A DNA stretch of 64,000 bases from a virus, in IMG/VR virus record IMGVR_UViG_3300027744_000013, positions 1 through 64,000 of that record, one strand, 5' to 3'. The notes under the pieces were generated by a model. The model was not told where the DNA came from, did no database searches, and was given only the letters and a program-made list of their open reading frames with translations. Positions within the stretch are counted from its first letter, which is position 1; each line of letters opens with the position of its first letter. Made by a program: the position numbers and the translations under genes. Below are positions 19,560 to 29,775 of this stretch, in pieces.

Positions 19560-21614
19560 ATGAACAACTTTTCTTCATTTTTTACTATCGGCGCACAGAG
19601 CATTTTAAAATTTTTAAAGAAGCCGGGCCTGTCGTACAAAGGCAACTGGATACCGGTATTTCCTAATACAGTGCTGGATAGTTGGCATGTGGGTGATTTC
19701 TCAACTGCTTCGTATTTGATCACAGTTGAGCATCAATCTAATAAAAAAGAAGTAATGCATGTGAACGTGGTAGCTAGACCAGACCAGGCAAGTTATAACG
19801 TTTTCGGAAGAACCAGCATTGACGACGAACTGATCATTCTCGAAGCATCAGTTTCTAACAGTATTTTCTCACTGAAAGCCAGTCCTTCAGACCCCTTGTT
19901 TACTGGTGCAAAAATCACCATGCTGGTGTTTTACGGCGAAACTATAAACCCATTAACTCCGGCTATGCCAATTACAATTGGCCCTGGATTTGAAGCAGGC
20001 ACTGGGGGTAACACAGAAGGCGGTGGCGGAACAAGCGGTGGTATAACTAGTTTTTTACAACTGTCCGGCAGTATCGGAATATCACAAATATCTAATGGAC
20101 TGATTACCCCTAACAAATTAAATCTTAATGCGGCATTGACGCCAACTGCTAACGAAACATATGATTTGGGCAGTAACACATTCCGATGGCGAGACCTTTA
20201 TCTCAGCGGAAATTCAATACGGCTAGGCGATGCCACTATCTCTGCCTCAGGTAGCAACATAGTGTTACCGGTCGGAACCACAGTAGGTGGTGCTGCCATT
20301 AGTACTACCAATAGTTTTAGTTCAATAGCGGTATCAGGGCAGTCTAGTATTGAAGCAGATAGTGTCTCAGATATACTGACATTAGTTGCTGGCCCTAATA
20401 TTACAATTACAACAAATGCTGGATCAGATACTATAACTATTAGTGCTACTACTGGTGGTTCTAGCAGTGGGGTAAGCACAGGCACTGCTAATAGATTGGC
20501 ATATTATGCATCAACCGGTGCAGTAGTTCAAGACACCGGAGCCGGCCTAACTTGGAGTGGCACTAACTTAAACGTCACTGGCACTGTTACAGCCACAGGT
20601 GACGTAAGTTATGTTCGGGCATATTTTGATACGCTGGCAGAACTCCAAGCAGTAAGTGCTTCTGTATGGCACGGTATGGTTGCTCATGTGCATGAAAATG
20701 GCGGCAGAATGTATTTTGCTCATAGCGGCGCATGGCAACCTATGTCAAACTTCAGTGATTTAAATATTTTTAAAACAATTGCAGTAGCTGGTCAGGCTAG
20801 CATAGTAGCAGATAGTGCCCTAGATACATTGACTTTGGTTGCAGGTACAAATGTAACTATTACAACTGATGCTACTACCGATACTATTACTATAAATGCT
20901 ACAGCAGGCGGGTCAGCTGGTAATTTAGATTCATTAACCGATGTGGTAATCACTACCCCCACAACAAATCAGGTTTTGAAATATAATGGTACAAATTGGA
21001 TAAATGACACCGACGCCACTAGTGCAGGTGCCGGCGGGGGTACTGTTACTTCAGTAAGCGGTACTGGCACAGTAAACGGACTAACACTGACTGGTACAGT
21101 AACCACCACAGGTAGTTTGACATTAGGCGGAACACTGAGTGGTATTGGCAATACTCAATTGACAAACAGCACAATATCTGGCGTAGCACTTGGCGGAAGT
21201 TTACTCAACCTAACTGCCGGCACCGGTGTATCATTCAGTAGCGGCACAACTTATAATGGTAGTGCGGCAATTACTATTAACGCAACAGCATCTAGTTCAA
21301 GTATATCGTGGTCACTCTCAGCTAACGGATCTAGTGACTATATATTCAGCGGGCCCGGGATAATCACAGGTAATACTAACGATCCGGTGCTGTATTTGTA
21401 CAGGGGATTTTCTTATACCTTTGTCAATACTACAGGTGGAAGCCATCCATTTGCAATCAGAACCTCGTCAACTAGCGGTGTAGATTACACATCTGGTGTT
21501 TCTGGGAGTCAAACTGGCACACAAATATTTGTAGTTCCAATGAATGCTCCTAGTACACTATATTATATATGTACTGCCCACAGCAACATGGGAAATGTCA
21601 TTAACATTGTTTAA
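19560..21614 (+). CDS. Tail-fibre-like virion protein with a C-terminal cupredoxin-like domain
   Basis: Two F..IAV.GQ.SI.ADS..D.LTLVAG.N.TITT repeats, YDLGS...RWRDLYLSG, L..LTDV.I......QVL.YNG..W.N, and C-terminal SHPF...YYICTAHSNMG. Confidence 0.75.
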   Translation: MNNFSSFFTIGAQSILKFLKKPGLSYKGNWIPVFPNTVLDSWHVGDFSTASYLITVEHQSNKKEVMHVNVVARPDQASYNVFGRTSIDDELIILEASVSNSIFSLKASPSDPLFTGAKITMLVFYGETINPLTPAMPITIGPGFEAGTGGNTEGGGGTSGGITSFLQLSGSIGISQISNGLITPNKLNLNAALTPTANETYDLGSNTFRWRDLYLSGNSIRLGDATISASGSNIVLPVGTTVGGAAISTTNSFSSIAVSGQSSIEADSVSDILTLVAGPNITITTNAGSDTITISATTGGSSSGVSTGTANRLAYYASTGAVVQDTGAGLTWSGTNLNVTGTVTATGDVSYVRAYFDTLAELQAVSASVWHGMVAHVHENGGRMYFAHSGAWQPMSNFSDLNIFKTIAVAGQASIVADSALDTLTLVAGTNVTITTDATTDTITINATAGGSAGNLDSLTDVVITTPTTNQVLKYNGTNWINDTDATSAGAGGGTVTSVSGTGTVNGLTLTGTVTTTGSLTLGGTLSGIGNTQLTNSTISGVALGGSLLNLTAGTGVSFSSGTTYNGSAAITINATASSSSISWSLSANGSSDYIFSGPGIITGNTNDPVLYLYRGFSYTFVNTTGGSHPFAIRTSSTSGVDYTSGVSGSQTGTQIFVVPMNAPSTLYYICTAHSNMGNVINIV

Positions 21615-21705
21615 TACGTGATAAATGCTAGTCTTAATCTGTTAGGAATACAATAATGTATATTACACTAGGTAAATACAGCTATACTTATAACATGGAT
21701 CAATA

Positions 21706-22281
21706 ATGGGAGTAATTCAAAAACAATTAACGTCATCTTCGGGCTTTAGAGGCCCGGGATTTACCGTGGACGGCGTAGGAAATCTAACGGCGTCTTCTAT
21801 CAACTCTCTAGGTAGTTTGTTAATTGGCGGCCTTCCATTCATATCTGGCTCAAATTTAGCCAACACAATTACTGGTAGTAGTCTACAGACGGTTGGCAGG
21901 CTAACATCACTAGATGTCGGAACAGATTCAGCTAACAACAAAATATTAGCCGTTACTGTCTTAGGTATTACTAGTTCAGCACTAACTTCAGTAAACTTTA
22001 ACAACGGTCTATTATTAATAGATCCAACAAATAAACCCAACAGATTAACAGTGGGTCCGGTCGGAGTCACACCAATTCGATTGGACGTATCCGGCACCAT
22101 CTATGCAACAGCAACAACTGAATCAACCTCAACCTCAACAGGATCAATAGTTGTAAGCGGTGGTGCAGGTGTTGCCAAAGACCTCAATGTAGGCGGCGAC
22201 ACCTTTATCACAGGTGATACTTATATTGGCGGACAGAATATTAAATCACTAGCAGCCGCACTTGCAGTAGCATTATCATAA
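21706..22281 (+). CDS. Small fibre-like structural protein
   Basis: Contains the fibre repeat STSTSTGSIVVSGGAGVAKDLNVGG, ends AAALAVALS, preceded by GGTAAATA at 21671. Confidence 0.65.
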   Translation: MGVIQKQLTSSSGFRGPGFTVDGVGNLTASSINSLGSLLIGGLPFISGSNLANTITGSSLQTVGRLTSLDVGTDSANNKILAVTVLGITSSALTSVNFNNGLLLIDPTNKPNRLTVGPVGVTPIRLDVSGTIYATATTESTSTSTGSIVVSGGAGVAKDLNVGGDTFITGDTYIGGQNIKSLAAALAVALS

Positions 22282-22292
22282 GAGAAAATTAA

Positions 22293-25200
22293 ATGGCAAA
22301 GAAAAGAATAACAAATTATGTGTTTCAACCAGGCGTATCTAAAAGCAGTAACGCCTATCCGAATGCTCACGCACTACTAACTGTTAACAAATCTTTTATA
22401 CAAAAAGAAGCAAGAGCATGGATTAGCCAACAAATTATTCTTGATAGTGCTAATAATTTATATCCGGATGCTGTTAGACTATTAACACTTAATAAACAAT
22501 TTATTTTAGATGAGATCTCAGCGTGGACAACTGCGCAAGTTGCAACCGCAAATGTCACATCTGTATTTTTTGGATATGTATACGGTGCAACTGAAATTGC
22601 AAAATGTAAACGCGATGTGGGGTATCTTGTTGATGCGTTAGCTTACGATATTCGATACGGTGGTAATGAACGAGTAAGTTTTGTTGCAAGCCAGTACTAC
22701 CTAAGCGGCACAATACAAGTTATTAATGCTCAAGTTGAAACAGCAATCCAAACAAAGTTATGGAATTTAATTCAAGGCTTTGTAATGCAAAAGATTGTTT
22801 ACTCTCCAACTGATCAAAGTCCGGTTACCAGTACACAGGTTACAACAGGCGATGCTGGTGAAACAGCGGCAGTTGCTCGAGCGTTTGTGTTATCGCCAAT
22901 GATCAGCAATGTTATCAACGGTGGATTATCAACTATACCGGCTACAATATATTCAGTATATAATTTTCCGGGATACACATACGATTCATATAAATGCGAA
23001 CGTGATGTGGGATATGTTATTGACGGGTACTTGCATGATTTACAATACGGTGGAAACGTCAAGACACGATTGATCAGTAGTCGTTATTGGGACGGCGAAT
23101 ATCCTCAAGTTGACGGCGATCGCTCACCTGAAATTGCAACACATACTTTTATTCGTGATTTAATAAACGACTATATTTTTAGCCAAGCGGCATATACTCC
23201 ATTACAAATTACAGAACCACTACAAGCACTACCAAATAATGGAGAGGCTGGCGCAAATGCAAGAATTACAACTCTAGCAGGAATTGTTGTTACTGTTATT
23301 ACCAACGGATTATCATCATTACCAGCAATAGTAAACGGAGTAACATCTCTTAAAATTCAAGGGTACTACACACTTGACAAAATACTGTTAATTACAAATT
23401 CAAAAACAAATCAAATTATTTACAATTTTAGCGACCCACAGTTAGGCGCAACAGCAACGTTTGATGCACCCCATAACAGTAACGGACGTGATCGTGATGA
23501 AGATTACCCATCATATTTACAAACCACTGATACAATTACTGTTTTAGATTTAGAAGCGGATACTAGTACTGGATCCTCTACTGATGATATTCAGATATTT
23601 GTTGAAGCAGAAGAACAAAAAACTAGACCATATGACTTTGGTACAGACGCTATTGAACGTATGCGTGTTGCTCAACCCCAGTCTATGCTTGACGCTGACT
23701 TTGAGTATGGACTACAACCTACCAAATGGCAGGCGATTGGAGTTGCTCGCGGATATCCTTCTGTGTATGAAATTCCAGGTACTGACACTGCTGTTGTTTC
23801 AGTAACTACTGATGCTTCAACCGGAACTGGCGGTGTTGGTAACTCATTAATCACAGTTACTACACAAGGCCCCCATGGATTTACCGCAGGAACGCCTATT
23901 ACAATTCGAGCACTAGCAAACACTATTAGCGGATTTAGTCGAGCAGAAGGCACATTTATTATTATTTCCGTACCCACTCCGGCTACATTTACATATTATG
24001 CTACTGCTAAAGTAGGTACAAGTAATGGGCAAGTGCTTGCAACTAGTTACTCACAACTAAGAAAAGGTGCGTTCTATACAGGAGCATCAATCGGCACTCC
24101 TACAATCAGCGTGAACAGTAACGGTGTTAATAGTTCGTTCACTAGTAAGTTTATTACACCAATAACCTCAGATCAGATTGCAGTAGCAGCCACACTGCCT
24201 CTACTAAATGTCCCATTAAGTGGTACTGGTATAAATGCTGGCACGCAAGTTACTGGCACAGTTGGCCCAGGTGGCCTTGCAGTAACAGCCAACATTAGTG
24301 ATCCAGTATCAACCGGTGATACTTCGATCACAGTAGTTGATGCAACTGGCGTACTAGAAGGTATGGCCATTGATAACGGAACTGGTACTGCAATATTTGT
24401 AAGTACAATTTCTTCTAACACTATTAGTTTTACACAACCACTAACTGCTAATCGTGGTGGCGCATCTCAATCTTACACTAATAAAACTGGTACAAACATT
24501 GTACCCGGTGGTACTGGCGCACTGTTTGATGTTGATCGAGTAAGTGGAGTTTATACAAATATTAGTATTAGTGATCCCGGACTTGACTATGTTGACGGCA
24601 GTAGATTAGTAATTCTAGGTAGTGACTTAGGCGGTGCAACACCTGCAAACGATTTAACTATTAAAATATCTTCAACAATTAATCTTGATACATTTAACGG
24701 TGTAGTACAAAACGGCACTAGTGGTACAGGTACCGGCGCTGAGTTTGATATACTACTTGAATCAGGCGGTGCATACGATGTAACTAATATTGCAACAGCT
24801 GGATTGGATTATGCAGTGGGCGATACAATAACACTATTAGGTACAAATCTTGGTGGAGCAAGTCCTGCAAATAATGCAACTGTTACCGTAGCAACAGTGA
24901 CTCGTAATTATTCAAGTATTGCACAAGACAGCACAACCGGACTAGGTAGCACTGCAACATTTAATATTTCTAGAACTGGAGCATTATACACATTAACCGT
25001 ATCTACAAAAGGTGTTGACTACACGCCCGGGGATACTGTTACAATACTTGGTACACAACTTGGCGGCGCAACACCCGATAACGACTTAACATTTACTGTT
25101 GTTGATGTGGATATTAATAATGGTATCAATGCCTTTGATACGCTAACCGGTATTGCTACGGGTACTGGCGGAATCTTTGGCATTGCCAGTGTTACTGGTA

Positions 25201-28200
25201 TTTGTAACTTTGTTGGCGGATTAATTAATACTATTTCAGTTGTTTCGGGAACTAGTATAAGCGGTGAAAGAGCTTACGCGGCTATCATACAAGACGCAAC
25301 TAGCGCATCAGGATCCGGCGCAATATTTGATATTGAAACCAGCGGCGGAATTTATGATGTAGTGATTGTTGATCCAGGTTTAACCTATGCGTTTGGCGAC
25401 ACCATTACTATTTTAGGAACTCAGCTAGGCGGCTTGAGTCCTGCAAATGATTTAGAACTTACAGTAACTAGTGCAAGCTCTTTTGGAGGCGGCATATTAG
25501 CATTTAACACAGCAGGCGTACCATCAAGCGTTGACGATAACTTTCTAACATTGACTGCAACCGCTATTGCACCAGGTGATGGTGCATCATTTGATATCTC
25601 TCGCGCAGGCGGATTGTATACATCTGTTGTGGTTAATTTACCGGGAACTGGCTACGAAATAAACGATAGGATTGAATTAAACGGTGCAAATTTTGGCGGC
25701 GTAAGCCCTACCAATAATGTTACACTAACTGTTACTGGTGTAAATGTATCAGACGGTAGTATTACTACATCAACAGCATCTGGTACTGCGGTATCGGGTT
25801 CAGCACTTGAGTTTTGGTCAGCAGTTGCATTAAGTGAACCTACTACTGCATCTATTCCAGATGCTACATCACTTACAACGTCGGCTATTGCCACTGTACA
25901 GATTGCATTTGCTAGTCCACACGGATTAGTTCCAGGAGCAAACATACTAGTTGATATTTCAAGCGCAGGAACTAATCATGCACTTGCTAAAGGTCCATTC
26001 TACGTTGAATCAGTTCCAAGCACAACAACACTAAGATATACAGCAAGGACAACTGGTAACATTGACACTGGGGTTGCACTAGTTGGTTTAGTTTATGCTA
26101 GACCAGACAGTTATTTTATTCATAGACCATACGACGGCGGTGTACAGTTAGGCACGGGCGGTCCACAGCACGGCGCTCAAGCAATTCGTATGAGTAAGAA
26201 ATATATTCGTTACCAATCTGGTAAAGGTATTATGTATACTACTGGTGCGTTGTTTGCACCAAGTTATAATTTACAATCAATTAGCGCAGATGGAACATCT
26301 GTTGGTGCGTATATTACCGTAACAACAGATGACGTGGACCATGGTTGTCAAGTTGGTGGCCGAATTAGAATTATTGGTGTTGATACTGCTGGATATAACG
26401 GCGAGTACATTATCAGCGATGTGGTAACTGAGCGACAATTTAAAGTACAAGCATATACCACATTGGCAAATGTGTATGGTTCAATCACAACAGCGGCTCA
26501 AATGTCAATTGTTGGCTGGCATGGGGCTACAGTACGTGCTGGAACATTTGATGATCAAAACGGTATGTTCTGGGAATATGACGGCACTGAATTAGCAGTT
26601 GGTAAACGTTCTAGTACATTACAATTATCCGGTATATCAACTATCAATAGAGATAGTAATACCTTAACCGGTACTAATACACGTTTTCGTGACCAAGTTA
26701 AGGCAGGCGATCGTATTGTTATTAAAGGCATGACTCATGTTGTATCAGGCGTTCAAAGCCAAACACTACTGACTGTTACTCCGGATTATCGTGGTGCAGT
26801 TAACGCGGTACAATCAAAGGTATGTTTGGTACAAGATTTAATTATTAAACAAAGTAATTTTAACCTAGACAGACTAGACGGTACTGGACCAAGCGGATAT
26901 AATTTAGACATTAGTAAAATGCAGATGATTGGTATGCAATGGTCATGGTACGGTGCTGGATTTATTGATTACATGTTAAGAGGTGCTGATGGAAACTATG
27001 TGTTTGCACACCGTATTCGTAACAGTAACACTAATACAGAAGCGTATATGCGTACTGGTAACATGCCAGTGCGTTATGAAGTTATTAACGAAGGTGCTCT
27101 TGGTAAATTAAAATCATCAATTACTGCAACACAAACAACAATACCATTAATTGATGCAAATCAATTTCCAAATGAAGCAGGTACTGTTTATATAGACAAC
27201 GAACTAATTCAATTTGGTGGTAAAACAAGCAACACATTAATTAATTGTGTACGTTCAAGCCCAATGGTATTGTTTACCGGCGGTGCTCAGCGGTCATTCA
27301 GAGCAGGACTTGCATCAGTACACGAATATAATACCGGAGTAATACTAGTAAGCAATACTATCACTCCAATTATTAGTCACTGGGGTAGTGCAATGTTAAC
27401 AGACGGACGCTTTGACGAAGATCGAGGATATTTGTTTAACTATGCATCTACAGGTATTCAAGTATCAACTACAAAACAAACTGCGTTTTTAATTCGATTA
27501 GCACCAAGTGTATCTAACGCTATTATTGGTGACTTAGGCGAACGAGAACTTATTAACCGTGCGCAATTATTGTTAAAATCCATTGCTGTAACATCTGACT
27601 CGGGCACAGGTGGTCTAGTGGTTGAAGGAGTATTGAATCCTCAAAACTATCCAATTGACCCAGCCGCAATTTCTTGGTCGGGACTAGCAGGTAGTTCGGC
27701 TGGCGGCCAACCATCGTTTGCACAAGTAGCGCCAGGTGGTTCTGTATCATGGGCAGGCGGTGCAACTGTTACAACTTCAACAGCAACTACCACTGCGGCC
27801 TTAACAGGTACTGCGTCAGTTCCGAACAGCGCACTATTTCAATCAGCAATTGGCTCAGCTGTGTTGTATGTAACCAAAGCAAGTTGGGAAACATTGGGAG
27901 CGGCAGTTGGATTCTCTGTTGCGGCAAGCGAAACAAAATACCCAAGTGGTACTACTGTTTCCTCAGTAACTGCTAACCCTAATCCAATTGCAACAACACT
28001 GGGCGTTATTACAGGTACTGCAACTATTCCACCTAGTGCAAACTTTAAGACACCTGCTGGATCTAATCAATTATTTTTCACACAGGCTTCATGGAATGCG
28101 TTACAAGGCGCAGTTGGCACTGCAATTCTTAGCTCAGACTTTGCACCAGGAACAGTAGTTTCAGTTGTTGCTGGCCCTGCGCTGGCAGCAGGACAGAACT

Positions 28201-29324
28201 ATTATACCATTACAACAAGTACTAACTCGTTAGTTCCACATAATCCAGTAACAACTAATTTACAAACTTACTATCTTCAAGCATTTAACAGCATTCAGGT
28301 TACTGCATATTTTAACGTGGGACAAACTTATGCTCCTTATCAAATTAACGATAGTATTACTATATCAGGTAATCCGAACGTTCCACAAGTCAACGGTACT
28401 TGGGCTGTAACAGCATGTACCACATCATATGTACAGTTTAACGTGTCAGGTTCTCTTAACCTTAACGGTGGCTCAAACGGCTTTGTGGTAAACAATAATG
28501 CACTTAATACGGTGTCATTCTTTCTTAGCGGCTCCGCAGGATTAGGTGCAACAACTTTAAACATTACACAAGCAAGTTGGAATGCACTACCAATTGGTAC
28601 TCGAGTAGTGGGTAACACTGTTAATGACACTGCAAAATTCGTAGGCGGAACAACAATTTCAGCAATCAGTGCGGTAAGAACATTTGCAGGTACTGCTTAC
28701 TTCACGATAACATTTAATAGTGGATTGCTTGCGGCGCAACCTGCAGGGACATCGGTGACATTTAGTTTCACAGCATATTACGTCATAGGACTAAGCAGAA
28801 CGGCATCCAGTGCAATTGTTGCTAATGCTAGCGTAGCATTTACGCCTGCAGTTATTGCAACAAACACGTCATTCTTATATTTCACACAAGCATCATGGGA
28901 ATCACTAACATCGGGATACGGTGCTACAACCGGAACTGAAATTGTTGACCCGACTAAATTTTCGTCAGGTACAAAGATTGCTAGTATCGGTGCTCTAAGC
29001 TCGTTTGGTGGAACTGCATACTATCGTGTTAACTTTACACAAAGCTCAGTAACTTCTATTGCGGCTGCAAGTACAATTACATTCCAATTTGGTTTACCTG
29101 CTTATGCACAACCTGGTGAAACTGTATTCTCGTTCATTGCGGCTCCGGGCGGCGCACAAACATTGGACTTGGGTGAATTGAAAGAATTGACTAATACTAC
29201 CCTAGGTGGCAGAGGAACTTATCCAAACGGCCCAGACGTATTAGCCATTAACGTTTATCGTGCGTCAGGTGCTGGTAGTATTCCTACTAACATTGTTGTA
29301 CGTTGGGGTGAAGCGCAGGCTTAA
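22293..29324 (+). CDS. Giant virion structural protein (2343 aa)
   Basis: Two N-terminal KC.RDVGY..D...D..YGGN units, multiple G..Y..GD..TILG..LGG..P.NDL repeats, .HG....G..I.I beta domains and LYFTQASW repeats. Confidence 0.85.
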   Translation: MAKKRITNYVFQPGVSKSSNAYPNAHALLTVNKSFIQKEARAWISQQIILDSANNLYPDAVRLLTLNKQFILDEISAWTTAQVATANVTSVFFGYVYGATEIAKCKRDVGYLVDALAYDIRYGGNERVSFVASQYYLSGTIQVINAQVETAIQTKLWNLIQGFVMQKIVYSPTDQSPVTSTQVTTGDAGETAAVARAFVLSPMISNVINGGLSTIPATIYSVYNFPGYTYDSYKCERDVGYVIDGYLHDLQYGGNVKTRLISSRYWDGEYPQVDGDRSPEIATHTFIRDLINDYIFSQAAYTPLQITEPLQALPNNGEAGANARITTLAGIVVTVITNGLSSLPAIVNGVTSLKIQGYYTLDKILLITNSKTNQIIYNFSDPQLGATATFDAPHNSNGRDRDEDYPSYLQTTDTITVLDLEADTSTGSSTDDIQIFVEAEEQKTRPYDFGTDAIERMRVAQPQSMLDADFEYGLQPTKWQAIGVARGYPSVYEIPGTDTAVVSVTTDASTGTGGVGNSLITVTTQGPHGFTAGTPITIRALANTISGFSRAEGTFIIISVPTPATFTYYATAKVGTSNGQVLATSYSQLRKGAFYTGASIGTPTISVNSNGVNSSFTSKFITPITSDQIAVAATLPLLNVPLSGTGINAGTQVTGTVGPGGLAVTANISDPVSTGDTSITVVDATGVLEGMAIDNGTGTAIFVSTISSNTISFTQPLTANRGGASQSYTNKTGTNIVPGGTGALFDVDRVSGVYTNISISDPGLDYVDGSRLVILGSDLGGATPANDLTIKISSTINLDTFNGVVQNGTSGTGTGAEFDILLESGGAYDVTNIATAGLDYAVGDTITLLGTNLGGASPANNATVTVATVTRNYSSIAQDSTTGLGSTATFNISRTGALYTLTVSTKGVDYTPGDTVTILGTQLGGATPDNDLTFTVVDVDINNGINAFDTLTGIATGTGGIFGIASVTGICNFVGGLINTISVVSGTSISGERAYAAIIQDATSASGSGAIFDIETSGGIYDVVIVDPGLTYAFGDTITILGTQLGGLSPANDLELTVTSASSFGGGILAFNTAGVPSSVDDNFLTLTATAIAPGDGASFDISRAGGLYTSVVVNLPGTGYEINDRIELNGANFGGVSPTNNVTLTVTGVNVSDGSITTSTASGTAVSGSALEFWSAVALSEPTTASIPDATSLTTSAIATVQIAFASPHGLVPGANILVDISSAGTNHALAKGPFYVESVPSTTTLRYTARTTGNIDTGVALVGLVYARPDSYFIHRPYDGGVQLGTGGPQHGAQAIRMSKKYIRYQSGKGIMYTTGALFAPSYNLQSISADGTSVGAYITVTTDDVDHGCQVGGRIRIIGVDTAGYNGEYIISDVVTERQFKVQAYTTLANVYGSITTAAQMSIVGWHGATVRAGTFDDQNGMFWEYDGTELAVGKRSSTLQLSGISTINRDSNTLTGTNTRFRDQVKAGDRIVIKGMTHVVSGVQSQTLLTVTPDYRGAVNAVQSKVCLVQDLIIKQSNFNLDRLDGTGPSGYNLDISKMQMIGMQWSWYGAGFIDYMLRGADGNYVFAHRIRNSNTNTEAYMRTGNMPVRYEVINEGALGKLKSSITATQTTIPLIDANQFPNEAGTVYIDNELIQFGGKTSNTLINCVRSSPMVLFTGGAQRSFRAGLASVHEYNTGVILVSNTITPIISHWGSAMLTDGRFDEDRGYLFNYASTGIQVSTTKQTAFLIRLAPSVSNAIIGDLGERELINRAQLLLKSIAVTSDSGTGGLVVEGVLNPQNYPIDPAAISWSGLAGSSAGGQPSFAQVAPGGSVSWAGGATVTTSTATTTAALTGTASVPNSALFQSAIGSAVLYVTKASWETLGAAVGFSVAASETKYPSGTTVSSVTANPNPIATTLGVITGTATIPPSANFKTPAGSNQLFFTQASWNALQGAVGTAILSSDFAPGTVVSVVAGPALAAGQNYYTITTSTNSLVPHNPVTTNLQTYYLQAFNSIQVTAYFNVGQTYAPYQINDSITISGNPNVPQVNGTWAVTACTTSYVQFNVSGSLNLNGGSNGFVVNNNALNTVSFFLSGSAGLGATTLNITQASWNALPIGTRVVGNTVNDTAKFVGGTTISAISAVRTFAGTAYFTITFNSGLLAAQPAGTSVTFSFTAYYVIGLSRTASSAIVANASVAFTPAVIATNTSFLYFTQASWESLTSGYGATTGTEIVDPTKFSSGTKIASIGALSSFGGTAYYRVNFTQSSVTSIAAASTITFQFGLPAYAQPGETVFSFIAAPGGAQTLDLGELKELTNTTLGGRGTYPNGPDVLAINVYRASGAGSIPTNIVVRWGEAQA

Positions 29325-29325
29325 T

Positions 29326-29775
29326 TTATATCAGGTCAACAAGGTCAAAAACTGTTTGAAGTTTTGTGCGGATGGTTTTATTACTAAAACTATTCCGTAG
29401 ACCTTGATGTAACGGCTTAGGCGCATGGTCAATGTTAACCCATGACCAACCGCAATGTTCATCGCTTAGTTCAGGAACAAATTCGTTTTGAATAACACAT
29501 AAGTAAGTGTGGAAGTTAAAAACTTTGTCGTTAGAAACAAATGTTTCAATTGGAATTGTTTTTAATACTTTTGGCATTGCACCAATTTCTTCAGTAACTT
29601 CACGTTGTAAACCCTGCCATGGGTTTTCATCTTGAAGGTTAGTACCTCCAACTAGTCCCCAAGTACCAGAGTGTTTACCGTGAGCTTTTTGTAATAACAG
29701 GAATCGTCGTGTAGATTTAGCGTAGAACAATGCTCCGCTACAAACTATACGATCTTTTACAATTCCAGTCTCCAT
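29326..29775 (-). CDS. Nudix hydrolase
   Basis: Nudix box GG.....ENPWQGLQREVTEEIG. Confidence 0.9.
   Translation of the reverse strand: METGIVKDRIVCSGALFYAKSTRRFLLLQKAHGKHSGTWGLVGGTNLQDENPWQGLQREVTEEIGAMPKVLKTIPIETFVSNDKVFNFHTYLCVIQNEFVPELSDEHCGWSWVNIDHAPKPLHQGLRNSFSNKTIRTKLQTVFDLVDLI

Noticed and set aside
1922-29324. Assigning a cyanobacterial host from the phycobiliprotein-like repeats
   Set aside because: There are no photosynthesis or bilin-synthesis genes in this window, so the host cannot be determined from this sequence.
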